DNA of 64,000 nt, from NCBI RefSeq assembly GCF_009914755.1, contig NC_060926.1. One strand, 5' to 3'. This document shows, piece by piece, positions 1 to 13,890 of the stretch (position 1 is the stretch's first letter; every line of letters starts with the position of its first letter). The stretch is from the human T2T-CHM13v2.0 reference genome, Homo sapiens. The position numbers and the translations under genes are program-made. Below the pieces are notes generated by a model that was not told the origin of the DNA, searched no databases, and worked only from the letters and a program-made list of their open reading frames with translations.

Positions 1-20
1 GCATTATTTTGTATCTCTGT

Positions 21-416
21 AAATCAGTGAGTGGATAAACAAAATGTAGTATATTTATTCAATGGAATATTTTTCAGCAATAAAAATGAATGAATTAATG
101 ATACAACCTGGATGAACCTCAGAAACATTGTGCTAAGTATAAGAATCCAGTCACAAAAGACTATTTTAAGATAGCATTTATATGAACGGTCTAGGACAGG
201 CAAATCTGTAGAGACAGTAGATTAGTAGTTGCCTCGTGCAGGAAACTAGGGAGTATGGACGGAATGGGGTTTCTTTTGGGGGTGATGAAAATGTTGAAAA
301 ATTGATTGCGACAATGTTTGCACACCTGTGTAAATACACAAAAAACTATTGAGTTGTACCATTTAACTGGGTGAACTTTGTGGCATGTAAATTATGTCTT
401 AATAAACCTGTTAAAG
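21..416 (+). mobile_element. LINE-1 3' end (L1MB7/8-like)
   Basis: tggataaacaaaatgt...aatggaatat...tggatgaacctcagaaacattgtgctaagt...ggcaaatctgtagagacag...ttttgggggtgatgaaaatgtt...aataaa. Confidence 0.85.
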
Positions 417-3004
417 ACAAAACAAAACTTCAATCAGATCGTTTTCCAAGAAGCAGGCTAGAAATGAGTTAAATGTTGACCCCTTCATGTAGGGGGAAGA
501 TTTTCTCCCCTTGTGAGAACCTGAAGGGAAAAAATTGGGACAGTTTTATTCCCAAACTCTATCCTCAAGTTGTTTGAAAATAAACCCATGCATGTTATTT
601 CAACTGACTATCTCTGTGCTGATATACCCTCAGCCCTGATAATTTGTTTAACTGTTTAGTTATCTACAGGATATTTTTACTTGTATAACCCACCACTAAT
701 TTTCTTCCCAATTATCCAATTTCTGCTGTCCTTTCGGTTTTTTATATCTCAGTAGTTTATATCTCCATAAATCTTGGTGATCTCTTTCTTTTTTCTCATT
801 TCTAGATTAACCTTTTATCATGTCATATCATATTATCTTGAAATTATTTTTCACATATGCTTCTTTTTATTCTTTAGACTTTACTCTGCCCAAAAGGAGA
901 AAATAATTTCTTTCTTCAATGTTTTAGAAACAATAGCATTGGCAGATGTATGCTAATTAATACTTGCTTAAAAACAGCAAGGAAATTTCTTCTTTCAACA
1001 CTATTAACAAGTATCTGACATGAAATAACACTTTCACAAGTAAAAGGGATTCTGATATTTTACGTTCCTTAGTAAATCTTTGGGGAGGGGGTTAGTACTA
1101 GAAATTTTTTTCCTTTGGAGGACTGGTAAATTCAGTTCTAATTTTTACATTGTTTTACATATGTCCTTTTATGATCACTATAACATTTGTGTTTATCAAA
1201 TAAGTTAAAGTATAGTAATTTTTAAGTTAAGTAGCGAAATCCATGATAATCCAGAGATGCTCAAGTGACTTGAATGCTTCAACTTGAGATGGGTCAGCTT
1301 TAGGGGTGAAGTTGTGAAGAGAAAGCCATCACACACACTTCATCAACACTGTGGAATGAGGGACCGATGCTTTTACTGAGCAGTGGATTTCCAGTGAGCA
1401 TATAAACTAATTGGTGGGTGAACATACCCCAGGAGCAATGATTTTAAGGTCATAGCAGGCTCAGTGAATAATGCTGACTTACACTGCGTCTCACTGATAG
1501 CTGATCTTACCAATGAGCAGTTTAGAGGCATTCAAGCCTGAGCTGTCTTCCATGTGCCTTGAATGGCATGTCAGTGGTCACTGTTTTTGACATCCTTTAT
1601 ATTTGTCCAGTCAGCTCTAAATCTTTAGGTTCAGCTTCAGAGTACTCAGGAAAGAAAAGAGAGAAGCAATTATTTTCAGTCATTGAGTTTTGAAGATCTT
1701 AGCGTTAATTATGCCAAACATTGTTGGTTCATCAACAAATACAAACCTTAAAAGGGGTTATGAAGCATTCTAAACTTGCTTAAACATAGTTTATGGTGAT
1801 TAAGAGAATCTTGTATACACTAATATATTTTTAGTTACACTTTCACCCATATATTTTCATATACAGTTTCAAAACCAAATATTCAAATTAAAGCTAATTT
1901 CAGTTTTGGTTAATAAATTTTGAAATGCTTATTCACTTTAATTAGCATTTCTTTCGTATTTGAAAAAAGAGGAATAAAAAAGTACAATTCACTATTTCTC
2001 TGTGGAGTCCAGAGTAATTTTGGGTGTGAAAAATATTTCAATAAAACAAAAATCACAATGTCATAGCTCTAGTAATGCTATTTAAAAATTGATTTAATAG
2101 TGGGCTTTGAGATTTAGAAATTTTCTCCCACTTAAATCTTTAATTTATCAAAGATTATTTGAGCATTAAAAATGTGCTTTGCCTATTGTTTTCCAACTCT
2201 CTGTGCTCTCTGACTTGTTGAAGTTTTGCAGGAAGTGCCCAATCAAAGGATTTGAGGAAGCAGTACTGGACATTCTTTGGAAGTGTTCATCTGAGAAAAT
2301 GAAAGTTAGAGGCTAAACTAGTTTTCTTGTTTGCAACTCAAATTTTAAATCTAATTTCCCATGTAAATAAAATAAGTGAAAAGCACAAAGGATGTAAACT
2401 TCCTAAATCTGCCAGAATCTTGTGTCTTAATTAAAAAATAATTTTATCATAGCAAAAGAAACACATTTAGTTCCTAAAGAAAATACCATGGGTGGTATTC
2501 TTTTGTTGTATTAGAGGTTTGAAGTAGAATAGTTGTTTCTCATGTACATGTATTACAGTAGACAAAGTGTTGAATAGTTTTCATTTCTGATACATTAATG
2601 ATTAGAAAAATCGTTACCCTAATCCTTTTTTTATAACTCAAAAACAAACTAAAAAGGTTTTTGTTTTTTTGGAGGATCTGTTCTTTCCAAGAGGCTGGTG
2701 TTCTTCTACCTTTACTGTCCTAACCTTGCCTTTCAAATTAAGATATAATAGTTAGAATCTACTATAGAATTAGTTTAGATTCAGTTGTCTCTATTAACAG
2801 AAAGTGATATGGTTTTAAAAAATGCAGATGATCATTTATGAGAATCTGGCTGTAATCAAAAGCAGTAACTACTATCCTTAGCAGTTCTTTATTCAGTAAA
2901 GAGTTATCCTCTTTTTGCTATTCTTTATTTCATTTATTCTTGTGAAATATGTTTACCTTTTTAACAAAACTTTCTATTTTACGTGGCTAGATATGTGATA
3001 AAAC

Positions 3005-3129
3005 AAGCACGGTAAAATGTTAAGGATAGAATCTAGGTGGTAGGTATATGGTCTTCTCTGTAAAATTTGCTTCTCTTTCACATTTGCTGTATGTTTGAAA
3101 TTTTCATGAGACAATTTTAGAGAAAAAAA
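3005..3129 (+). mobile_element. Old LINE-1 3' terminal fragment (L1MC/L1ME-like)
   Basis: aaaatgttaa...gaatctaggtggtaggtatatgg...tgtatgtttgaaattttcat followed by an A-rich end. Confidence 0.6.
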
Positions 3130-6100
3130 GCTTTCTATTTTGATTGTAATAGCCAATAGCCAAAAACCTTATTCCATTTTTGAAAAAAAACCTAGATATT
3201 TTAAGTTTCTTTTACTTATCTAAGCATAACAATGCAAATACCATATAATATATATTGATAATATCACACATTTAGTGAGTTAGAAAATATAAAACTGGCT
3301 TTTAATTGTTAAATATGTATACTATATACCATTCATATTTTAGCTGGTGGTTTAAAAAGCTAACTTAGGCATTATTTAAACTGAATTAGGGTAATTACAT
3401 CAAAAGTAGATTCTTAGCCAGAATAATTTTCCATTTTGTTAAAGGAGCCATGATGAAATGAAGTGTTTAGAGAGTTTTAGGAATAAAATGTGGGTGTGTA
3501 TTCTTTAACATAGAATGAATATGCTTTCCAGTGGACTTTGGAATGGGAAAAGTATCAATAAATAATGCTTATTAAGCTTCTAACTAGGCATAGCGCCAGT
3601 TATCTCATACTTGAGAGAGAATTTTTTCCTTAAATAAATGCAACCATTGCATTTTGGGGGTGCTTTTCTTACTGTCTTCATTCAACTGTTTGCCACATGT
3701 GTGCCTGATACATTATTGAATCATAGAAATAATGTTTAAATATATGTGGGCTCCCCACCTACCTCCTTTTTAAAGAAATAGATATTAAACACACAAAAAA
3801 ATATTACTATTGTTTCTTCCCTGAAATCTTTCATGGCACACTTGGCTTACAGAGTTTAATTTTGCTGAAATAAGAGTTTATAAGTCATTTTACCTTTGAT
3901 ATTCCAAAGTTGGAAACCTAGAGATAATTTTTAAGTAAAATTTATCTTTAACCTTTGTATTATAATCTGTATTTACATGAGTGTGCAAGTAGCCTCTCTT
4001 TATTAATGAAAATAAAGACTAGTGAAAAAATTTTACAAATGATTAACCTAGTTCTTGCATTCATTAGGTATATTTACAAGTCATCTGTGATCAGTTTAGT
4101 TACCATCCCTTTGATATCCTGCAGCCATTATTGGATGCCTTTGGGGTTGTGATATCATGCTGGGGAAGAATGGTTCGGCTGCAGGTTTTATGTGTCTTTT
4201 TATAGTTGTTCACAATATCCCATGCTAAATTATATGGTGAATTATTATACATTTGCTAGTTTAAAAGATGTCTAATTGATTTACTATGCTAAAATATCAA
4301 AGACTATATGCTGCAGGAGTGATGCTTCCAGTTAACAACTTATCATGTATTCATGGAGACGACAATGCTTGCTCACATATTGGCACTATTGTCTAATTTG
4401 GTGTGCCTTGTGTTGTAATTCAATCATCTATTATTAAAAGTAGATGTGGCTGTAGGGAGCAAAACCACATACAAATCCATAAACATACATATGTGCATAT
4501 TTACTTATACTCACATATATGTTCAATAAGGTTTTTGTTTTACCTGCTATTAATGTTTGTACTAGTGAGTCATAAATGGAAAATATCTATTAGCTCTAAG
4601 GTAAAATAAAATAGGTTTTGATTTAGTTCAAGTGAACCATCTCATTTAAAATTAGCCCAGGGGTCTTGTAAAGAATGCAAGTAATCTAAACATAATAATG
4701 CACATTGCCCAATTGCTTCTGTGTATGATACAGGTTCAGTGCTGTAGTGCTTTGACAGCCCATTACTGAATGTAATGAACAGCTATTTTTAAACAGAAGA
4801 AATTCAAGTTGACAGCTTGGCAATGAAATTCAGCTAGTGGGATAATTTTTGTCATCTTTAGTATAGAGAATGGATTCAGTTTGGTTTAAGCAAATTTGTA
4901 TCATGTAGTTTATAGCGCAAACATTTTTATTAAAAGATAATTTTATTGTCCATTTTGTGGAGAGGGGCAGATGTTACTGTTAAGAATATGTAATCAGCTT
5001 TTAATGAATACTTTAATGAATTACTGAAACATCATTTCTAGAACCTAGGTTTAAAATGAAATTTCTCATTTTTCTTTCCTGCCATGGGTGAAATAGTCTA
5101 ATAAAACGACTATAAGATTAAGAGGTGTTTTTCTATGCTGCTTTTTAGTCTTTCAGAGTTTAAAACAAGTAGTTTTAAGAAATAAGATAGTCTTTGGAAA
5201 TGGATATAAAGCTTGAGGCAGTGTTGTCTTAATGGAAGTAAGAATTAGACAAAATACCATTGAGAGAGAGAAGGAAAATGTCTGCCTGACTATATTTTAG
5301 AGAAATTCTTTTACTAAGAATAAGGAGACGGTAACATCTGATTTTGACAACTCTTAAAAAATAAGTTGGAGAAGCTTCGTCTGCAATTCTTAAATAAAAC
5401 ATATATTTTTAACTCATACTATGAAAAATAATAGGGTAAGTCAGAGTGAGTTATTTCATTCTCTTCTGTTTACAGCAGAAATTGTTTGAGAATTCTAATT
5501 GCTATTTTTTCTAAGTTGAGCTAATTGCCAGAGCTTTTAAAATAGAGACTTCAGGTTCAACGTTGTGCATTGTGTTAAATGTGGCTTGAAAAATACATTA
5601 CTCAACGAAATCTGGGTGAACAAAGTAAGTAAACTGAGTACTTTACCCAATATCCAATAATGTTTCTGACCCTACCAGTAAAATAAACTAAATATATAGC
5701 AGTGGTGAAAATTTTAAAATTGTCAGAAATCCCCCTCTAAATGCATTGCCAGAAAGCTTTGTTCATGGGTCTTCATTACCCCTTCATGCTTCCAGGGCAC
5801 CTCCTCTGGGTTCCCAAGGCACTGGGAACTTAAAAGTTAGCTTTGCTTAGTAACTATGCCTTGAAGTAGGATAATAAAACAAATCATTTTTAATAGTCAG
5901 TAGATTTTTTTTCCATTTCTGATCTGTTTCTCTATTTTACTTATCTCTTGGACGGCATAATGGCCCCAAACCTAATATAGCAATGAATCTGTGTAGAAGT
6001 CAAGCATTTTTGGAGAGGCTTTCATGTTAGGTCACTACTGTACTCTTTAGAATTGTATTGTATCAGTGAATCAAAAGAATTTCTTGACATGAAAGAATTG

Positions 6101-6855
6101 GTACACATCTATAAACATTTTATTTAAACCTAGAGAGGATATTATTTATCTAACAGAATCCAGCTTACTTCTAGCAACAGTACCATCAGTTTGTAGCCTG
6201 GTCTTTGAACTCTTGATTTTGTTGTGAAGTGACCCTCTTGAAATCTTAATTTACCCATGGATAGAGGACGTTGTATGAGGCAGAAGGGCATCATCACATT
6301 AGCCCTGCTTCTCTATGGCATCATGAGATGCTAAGATAAGCACTTGAAAGGTATTTTAACTTTCTTGATCTCAGAATAACTTGAGAAGAAATTCATGGTA
6401 CCCACATACTGGGTTAACAAAATAATTAGTCGCATTTGGTTATTTGTGAGGAGGAAACTGTGAAACGTGAAAGTAGGACTGGGGATTCCAGGACGAAGCC
6501 TAGAGATAGATTTTTTTTAGAAGGAGGCTTATCTCTGAAGATGGGCAGGATGAAAGAAGTCACCAGCGATTCCAGTGGATGCTTTCTGTGTTATGTGACT
6601 ACATTTTTCTTTCTGCTTGCCCTTTGAACTTTGAGGTCTGAGCAGTGCAGGAAGAAGAGAAGAAATTGCGTTGCCATGATACACTGTAAGGGCTTCAGGA
6701 AAATGGGATATGGCAGTGGTTTGAAAGATATTGAGAAGGTTTCCAACCCAATTGTCATTCATTGCAGCTGTAAGAATTTAATGGGATATGGTCTAATGAA
6801 GCATACCCATTGAAAAGTTCTTAAACTAGTGTCTTGAGAGTCAAAATTGTTTGCT

Positions 6856-7035
6856 GGTTAAGACACATTCTGTCTGGAGCTTGACTGCCTGGGCTTAAGC
6901 CCTATCACTAGCTGTGTAACTTTGACCAAGTTATTTAACCACTTTGTGCCATTGTTTCTTTATTTGCAACAAAAATCACAACTCCCAGGGTTAGTATAAG
7001 GATCACATGGGTTAAACATTTAAAATTCTTAAAAA
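6856..7035 (+). mobile_element. MIR SINE
   Basis: ggttaag...ctggag...ctgcctggg...ctagctgtgtaactttgaccaagttatttaacc core. Confidence 0.75.
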
Positions 7036-8314
7036 GCTATTTTTTTTAATGCAAAAAGAGCTTAATTTGTGTAATCTATTGTTGTTGTTTTAGAATTCAT
7101 TGTAGTTGGAATGCTGTGTGTCAAAAACGTTGGTCCTTAATTGAAGGTTAAAGTTATCAGGAATCCTAACTTTGAAAAAGGAAAGTCTAAATGAGAATTC
7201 AATTCCATTTGGTTAATATTTATCATTCATAAATATTAAGTAGCATGGGATGGGATTTATAAAATATTGAAATCATAGCTTCTACCCTACTAGTAAACTC
7301 TTTGAGGATAGGGAACATGCTGTATGCTACCAGTCTTGTAACCGAAATGGTGCCTTGTGTAATTCAAATATTTGTTCAGTAAAAGTCAGGTCAACATGAA
7401 TCCAAATATATTGCTAGTACATATTAGATACTTAATATGTGTAACTTAAGTGAAAGGATTTATTTATGTGCGTGAGTATGAAAACAAGTGTTCATTTTCA
7501 CTAGTGATGAAGGACTTGAATTACAACAAAAGAGTTACAGGTTATAAATAGAAGTAATCTGACTATAGGGTTGGTAAACATCCTAGTTCTTTCCTAAGAG
7601 AAATAACAGAATCTATATATTGTAAAGAATAGGTTATCAGGTGACATTTAACTGTCTTTATTTGTTGTAGAAGAATATTTAGGTCTTTTAGCCCTCTTAC
7701 CCTCTATTTCTCAGAATTATTATATAAATATGTACATTCTTGTGAAAGAAGAAACAAAAAGACCTTGGAATGAAAAGCTTTAACTACAGCCAAGTTTACC
7801 TTTTCTATACATGTCATCCTTTCTCTTTTAGGGGAAGCAACCAGGGGAAAATGAAGATATCACCATCAGTAGTAACTCTTCCTTTTTTGTTTAAATGGTA
7901 AATATGCCTGGGGAGATGGGACTTATAAGAAAAGATGTTTTGGCCAAGGCATCCTACCTCTGCTTGTCTTCATGATCTTCATTACAATCATAGCAGAAAT
8001 CCTCATGCTAAATGTTTTTCTTTTCCTTCTTTTCTGGGAGATCATTAATCAGCTATCCTATTTTCCTATTTTACGATTTCTCCTTCTCCAGCCCAATTAT
8101 GTTTTCTACAAAGCTAGTGTCTGGGATACTAACTCTTAACTCATTCAAGCAAGCTTCTCGGCTATATCATTACAATAAATTCTATTTAAAATACTTAGTG
8201 AAGTACAGTATTCATAAGCCAGTTATTGCATTAGGTGTAGCTGCAGTGACACTGATTAGCATTCATCATAAAGATAGTTGAATATGATTTATTTATATTT
8301 GTATGTAAGTATAT

Positions 8315-8492
8315 ATATTTTGAATATGTACTATGCTCATATGATTCAAAGTTCAAAATGGCCTCAAGAGTATAAACTGTGAAAAGTCTCCTTTCCATCT
8401 GTCCTTCATCAACCCAGTTTCCCTCTCTGGAAATAACCACAATGACTAATTTCTTTTGTATTCTTCCAGAGTTATTTTCTGCATACAAATAA
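8315..8492 (-). mobile_element. LINE-1 3' end fragment (L1ME3/4-like)
   Basis: gtgaaaagtctcctttcc...aaccacaatgactaatttcttttgtattcttccagag antisense L1ME 3' signature. Confidence 0.65.
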
Positions 8493-8594
8493 AAACATGT
8501 ATGGTTGCATATATTTCTGTATACTTAAAAAATGGAGATGACTCTTTTGTTTTTTGGTTAACATCACTTTCTGGAAGGCAAAAGATGATCATAA

Positions 8595-8977
<383 letters not shown>

Positions 8978-9217
8978 TAAAAGTGCCTAGTGTACAAGAG
9001 TCTTTGAAACTAGAAATAAGTAAGAAGAGAAAGCAAAGATAGATTAGAAACCCTCAATATTTGTTTTCTTCTTTTGGAAATTCTCAACAGAAATTCCAGA
9101 TGTTACAAAGTTGAATTAGCTAGTTCCTCCATGGCTGCTTGGTGATGGATAAGCCATTCCCCTGCAAATGAATAGTGAACCCTCAGATTCTCTTGGAAGC
9201 ATGGAACAGCCTGCACA

Positions 9218-9765
<548 letters not shown>

Positions 9766-11819
9766 TTTATTCGCCATTCTGCCAGTACATTTAAGATGAA
9801 AAGGTCTACTTTCAGGGGTTTGTGCTGTTCAGTCTTACTGTGCTTCTCAGAATTGAAAACAGCATTTAGAAAGACGTTTTTATATAATTATTCATCTTGT
9901 AAGGATGCAAGTGTCAGAATCTATTTTTAATCCAACAACCAGCTTTTCTGTAGTGTTTTAACAGTTTACAAATGTTAACTTTCCATTCTCTCTAGGGAGA
10001 TGAGAGAAATCGATAAAAGGCGATTACAAGTGAATACTCCTATAGCAATACTTGATACATTAAATTGTTTAAAAGTGTTTTTTTTCTTCTTCCTCTTCTA
10101 GTTGCAGTAATACGAGGTTTCTAAAGGCCATACGTAACTGTGTACATAAAGAGGAAAGCTACTTGGGATAGAAGGACTCTCAGATTGGGTTTTAACTTCT
10201 CAAGTATAAAAATAAGACAAGTAGGCAAAAATATCACATTCTGAAGTTTTAAGTGACAGATAAACAAATTCAACATGCACCACCAACTTTTTGAGTTTTA
10301 GGTACACTAACTTATTGTGGGATCTGGGCCAGCTGCTCTACCTCTGTAGACATTTCTAAGTGGGAAAAAAAAAAAAGATTTAGGAATAGTACCCTTTTCA
10401 GATTCTCTCAGAATTATAGTTGTAAGCACTATGTAAATTCATAGAACATAGTTTTGAAGACCAGCTTTAGAATTTCAATAGTTATTGTATATTCAAAACA
10501 GCTACACAAGCACTTTATTTTCATTTTAAAGATTTACAATTAAAGTCATTTTATGTATACCTCAAATGCCTGATTATACACAAACCCATTACAGGGTTTA
10601 TACACACATTAAATCCCTTCTTATTATGGGGTTTTGTGCACATTAAATGCCTGGTTGTTATAGATTGTTGTTTTTCTTGTTACCATTAAATGTAACATTT
10701 CCCTAGGCGATGAAATGTATTATTATTTAGAACATTTATTTTAGTGTGTGTTCTGTATTTTAAAAGAGAAAGGTATTTAAGCAGCAAAGATGTAACTGTT
10801 ATGAAATTTATTTTTATAAATAGCTTTCAGCAGAAATCAGAACAGTGCTTTAAAATTACAGTTAAAAAATCATTTAATCATCACACTCCTTGATGGCTAA
10901 TAGAGTAGTAAGTGACTCCCCCATATCCCCCGCAATAGGCTATTCTCGATATGCTCACTTAAGTGGCCCTAAGAATAGTACTAGTATATTTTATGTTAGC
11001 AAGCCTTGATAGCAAAGTGCCAAAAGTTCAGGGGGCATTTGTCTCCTTTCTCAAAAATTCATTTAAGTCTTGCTGGAGCTTTAACTGGGGCAGACAGCCA
11101 TACAAATGACTTGAGATAAAATGAAAATAATGGACTGAGCTGGGTGCTGGGGATGGTAGTTATGCTGAGCACACATCAATAAGCTTGGAGTGTGATTCTA
11201 TGCTAATGCAAGCCTGATGGATCAGCTTTCTCTTTTAGCCTGGAGGACCATTAAGCTCTGGAAGCTGAGTCAAACTGATAGAGTTGGCAAATACAGCCCA
11301 TCAGTTAGCAGCAATAGTTAACTGACTGTGATTCCTAATATGCGAAACTAACATTGCTTAAAAACCCTCCATGTTCAGGACATAGATCAGAAAGGAGATA
11401 ATAGATTCTGCTTTAATTTGCATAATCAAAGCTTCTCATTTTCCCACCTTATAGTTAACAGAAGAGGGAAAAAAAGCCATGGCTACCTTCATTTTGTTGT
11501 TAGTCTTGAATCATAGCAAATAATTTTCATAAAAATGTAAATAACTTGTTTCAAAATAAAAGAGTATATTTGAAAGATTCTCTGTGTTATTTCTTTGGAA
11601 TTAAACTGTAGGCACAGTTACATGGGTTGGGTAGTAAGTGTCTTGGGGATATGAAAAGTAACAAAGTCTTAAAAAATTGTGAGTCTTTTTAGTGATTGAT
11701 TATTTTCATATATAATTTATAAAGTTCTATACTTTTACTTGAGGATATTGGCTTTGCAAACTTATCAAAAACAGTTCAAATTCTGTTGAATTCATATTTT
11801 TGTGTTGTGAGGACTTTCT

Positions 11820-11905
11820 GTTCATTTAAAAACATTTGTTGAGCACCCATTTATTTCAGGCACTGCATTGGACACTGGTGATGTGGTTGTCCTCTTGGAG
11901 CTTAC
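11820..11905 (-). mobile_element. L2 3' fragment
   Basis: ttcatttaaaaacatttgttgagcaccc...caggcactg...tggagcttac. Confidence 0.6.
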
Positions 11906-11967
11906 TTTTTTTTCTTTACAGGGGAGGTAATAAACTAGTAAACAAAGACATAATACAGTTTCAGTGA

Positions 11968-12285
<318 letters not shown>

Positions 12286-12539
12286 TGAGTGACAGATTCT
12301 TAAGTAGAGCCTTCTCCATCTGAGAGATTCTACTCTGACCAAGTTTTTGCCAAATAGACTCAAACATTAAATATGCTGTTTTCAATCACAGGTTTCCAGA
12401 CGGTCTAAAAAATTTGTAAATGTAAGGAAAATAATAAATAAATTTGTGTTGAAGAAAAATTAAGGGCTTTTGTGTATACCTCGTTGTAATCCAGACTGAC
12501 ATCTCTGTGAAAACCCTAATAAAAGTCTATATGCATGAC

Positions 12540-12758
12540 TTTCTGAGTGTTTAATATGTGCTGGCTCTCTTCTAAGCAGTTTACTCATTAAATATCTCAT
12601 TAAAAAAAACCTCTAAAGAAGGTACTATTATTCCCAGATGAGGAAATTGAGACAATAAATGTTAAATAACTTGCTCAAAGTTATATAGCTAGTAAGTGGG
12701 TGAGGTGGGATTAAAACCTAGGCAGTTTGGCTCCAGAGTAAGTGTTCTTAATCACTGT
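12540..12758 (-). mobile_element. MIR SINE
   Basis: cagatgaggaaattgagac...ttaaataacttgctcaaagt...agctagtaagtgg...ctaggcagtttggctccagag. Confidence 0.8.
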
Positions 12759-12809
12759 TACTCTATGGCAACCTGAAGAAATTTGTTTAGCTGAAAATGT
12801 ATTGCTACT

Positions 12810-12931
12810 TTAGAATGCAAGGTTTGAGAGGACAGGGAATGCATCTGTCTTGTTCACCTCTAACTCTGCACTTAGCACTGAACCTGGGCTATAGAGGGTG
12901 GCCAATAAGTATTTCTTGAATAAGTGAGTGT
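12810..12931 (+). mobile_element. L2 3' end
   Basis: tagaatgcaag...gagaggacaggga...tctgtcttgttcac...cttagcac...caataagtatttcttgaataagtga. Confidence 0.7.
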
Positions 12932-13424
12932 AAATGACTACTATTATATGTTTAAATTGAATAATATTTCATACAAATTCTTTTCAAAATTTATTTTGCT
13001 ACATATGTTTTTCTGGTGCCCTAAATTAGTATATGCCTTATATGTACATTCCAGTGCTAGTTAGAATGATAATACGATCAATTCCTATGGATGGGGTAAG
13101 GGTAGGGCCAGAATTCCTTGACCTACATCATTTCTATAGCCTATCTACCCTAGGTATATGGGATTTCTCAGTGGATCACATCACATCGAGCTCATACTGT
13201 GTTCTTGTATAATACCTGCTACCCTTGACTCACAGAATGTTTTGTGTGATGTCAAGTAGCAAATGCTTACATATTTCTACTTCCAATTATGTTTCCTTTC
13301 TCCTTATATCTTTGGAGAAGACAATAACATTATTCTGTAAGTATCAAACTGATATTAAATGATTGAATGAATGGGGCTTTCTCCTGTACATGGTTTGTTT
13401 TTAGAATATAAAAATGAAAAATAA

Positions 13425-13890
13425 TTTTTCTAAATATAATACACAGGAAAACTCATGTAGAAAATTCAAATAATAAAGAAAAGGGTAATAAAGTAAAAAT
13501 AAAACATATTCTCATTACTCAAAATAATTTATGTTATCACTTACATGTATTAATTCTCAGTTAACATTTTGGTAATCATCCTTTCAGATAACTCTATGTA
13601 TACATAGACACTTACACATGATTTTAAATAAATGAGTTTATAATGTGCATATGATTGGATAACCTGCATTTTTTCACTCAATAATGAAACTTGGAAATTT
13701 TTTTTCATGTCAATGAACATTATTATAGTTTTTAATGACCTACTCTGTTGTTTGGATTTATGATTATTTAATTGGCCTTATAATAATAGATATAAATTCC
13801 TTTTTTTGCTTTTATTTTTGATGTTCCAAACAAAACTGTAGTGAATATGTATTCATATATCTATATGAATTGTTGCTGGGTCAAAGGTTT
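13425..13890 (-). mobile_element. Old LINE-1 3' region (L1ME4-like)
   Basis: gttaacattttggt...aacctgcattttttcactcaataat...gaattgttgctgggtcaaagg. Confidence 0.55.

Noticed and set aside
5476-5624. Strong acceptor at 5475 with AAA|GTAAGT downstream
   Set aside because: All frames closed and no other support.
10590-10665. Degenerate ~35-bp tandem duplication (cacattaaat units)
   Set aside because: Only two diverged copies; no array structure.
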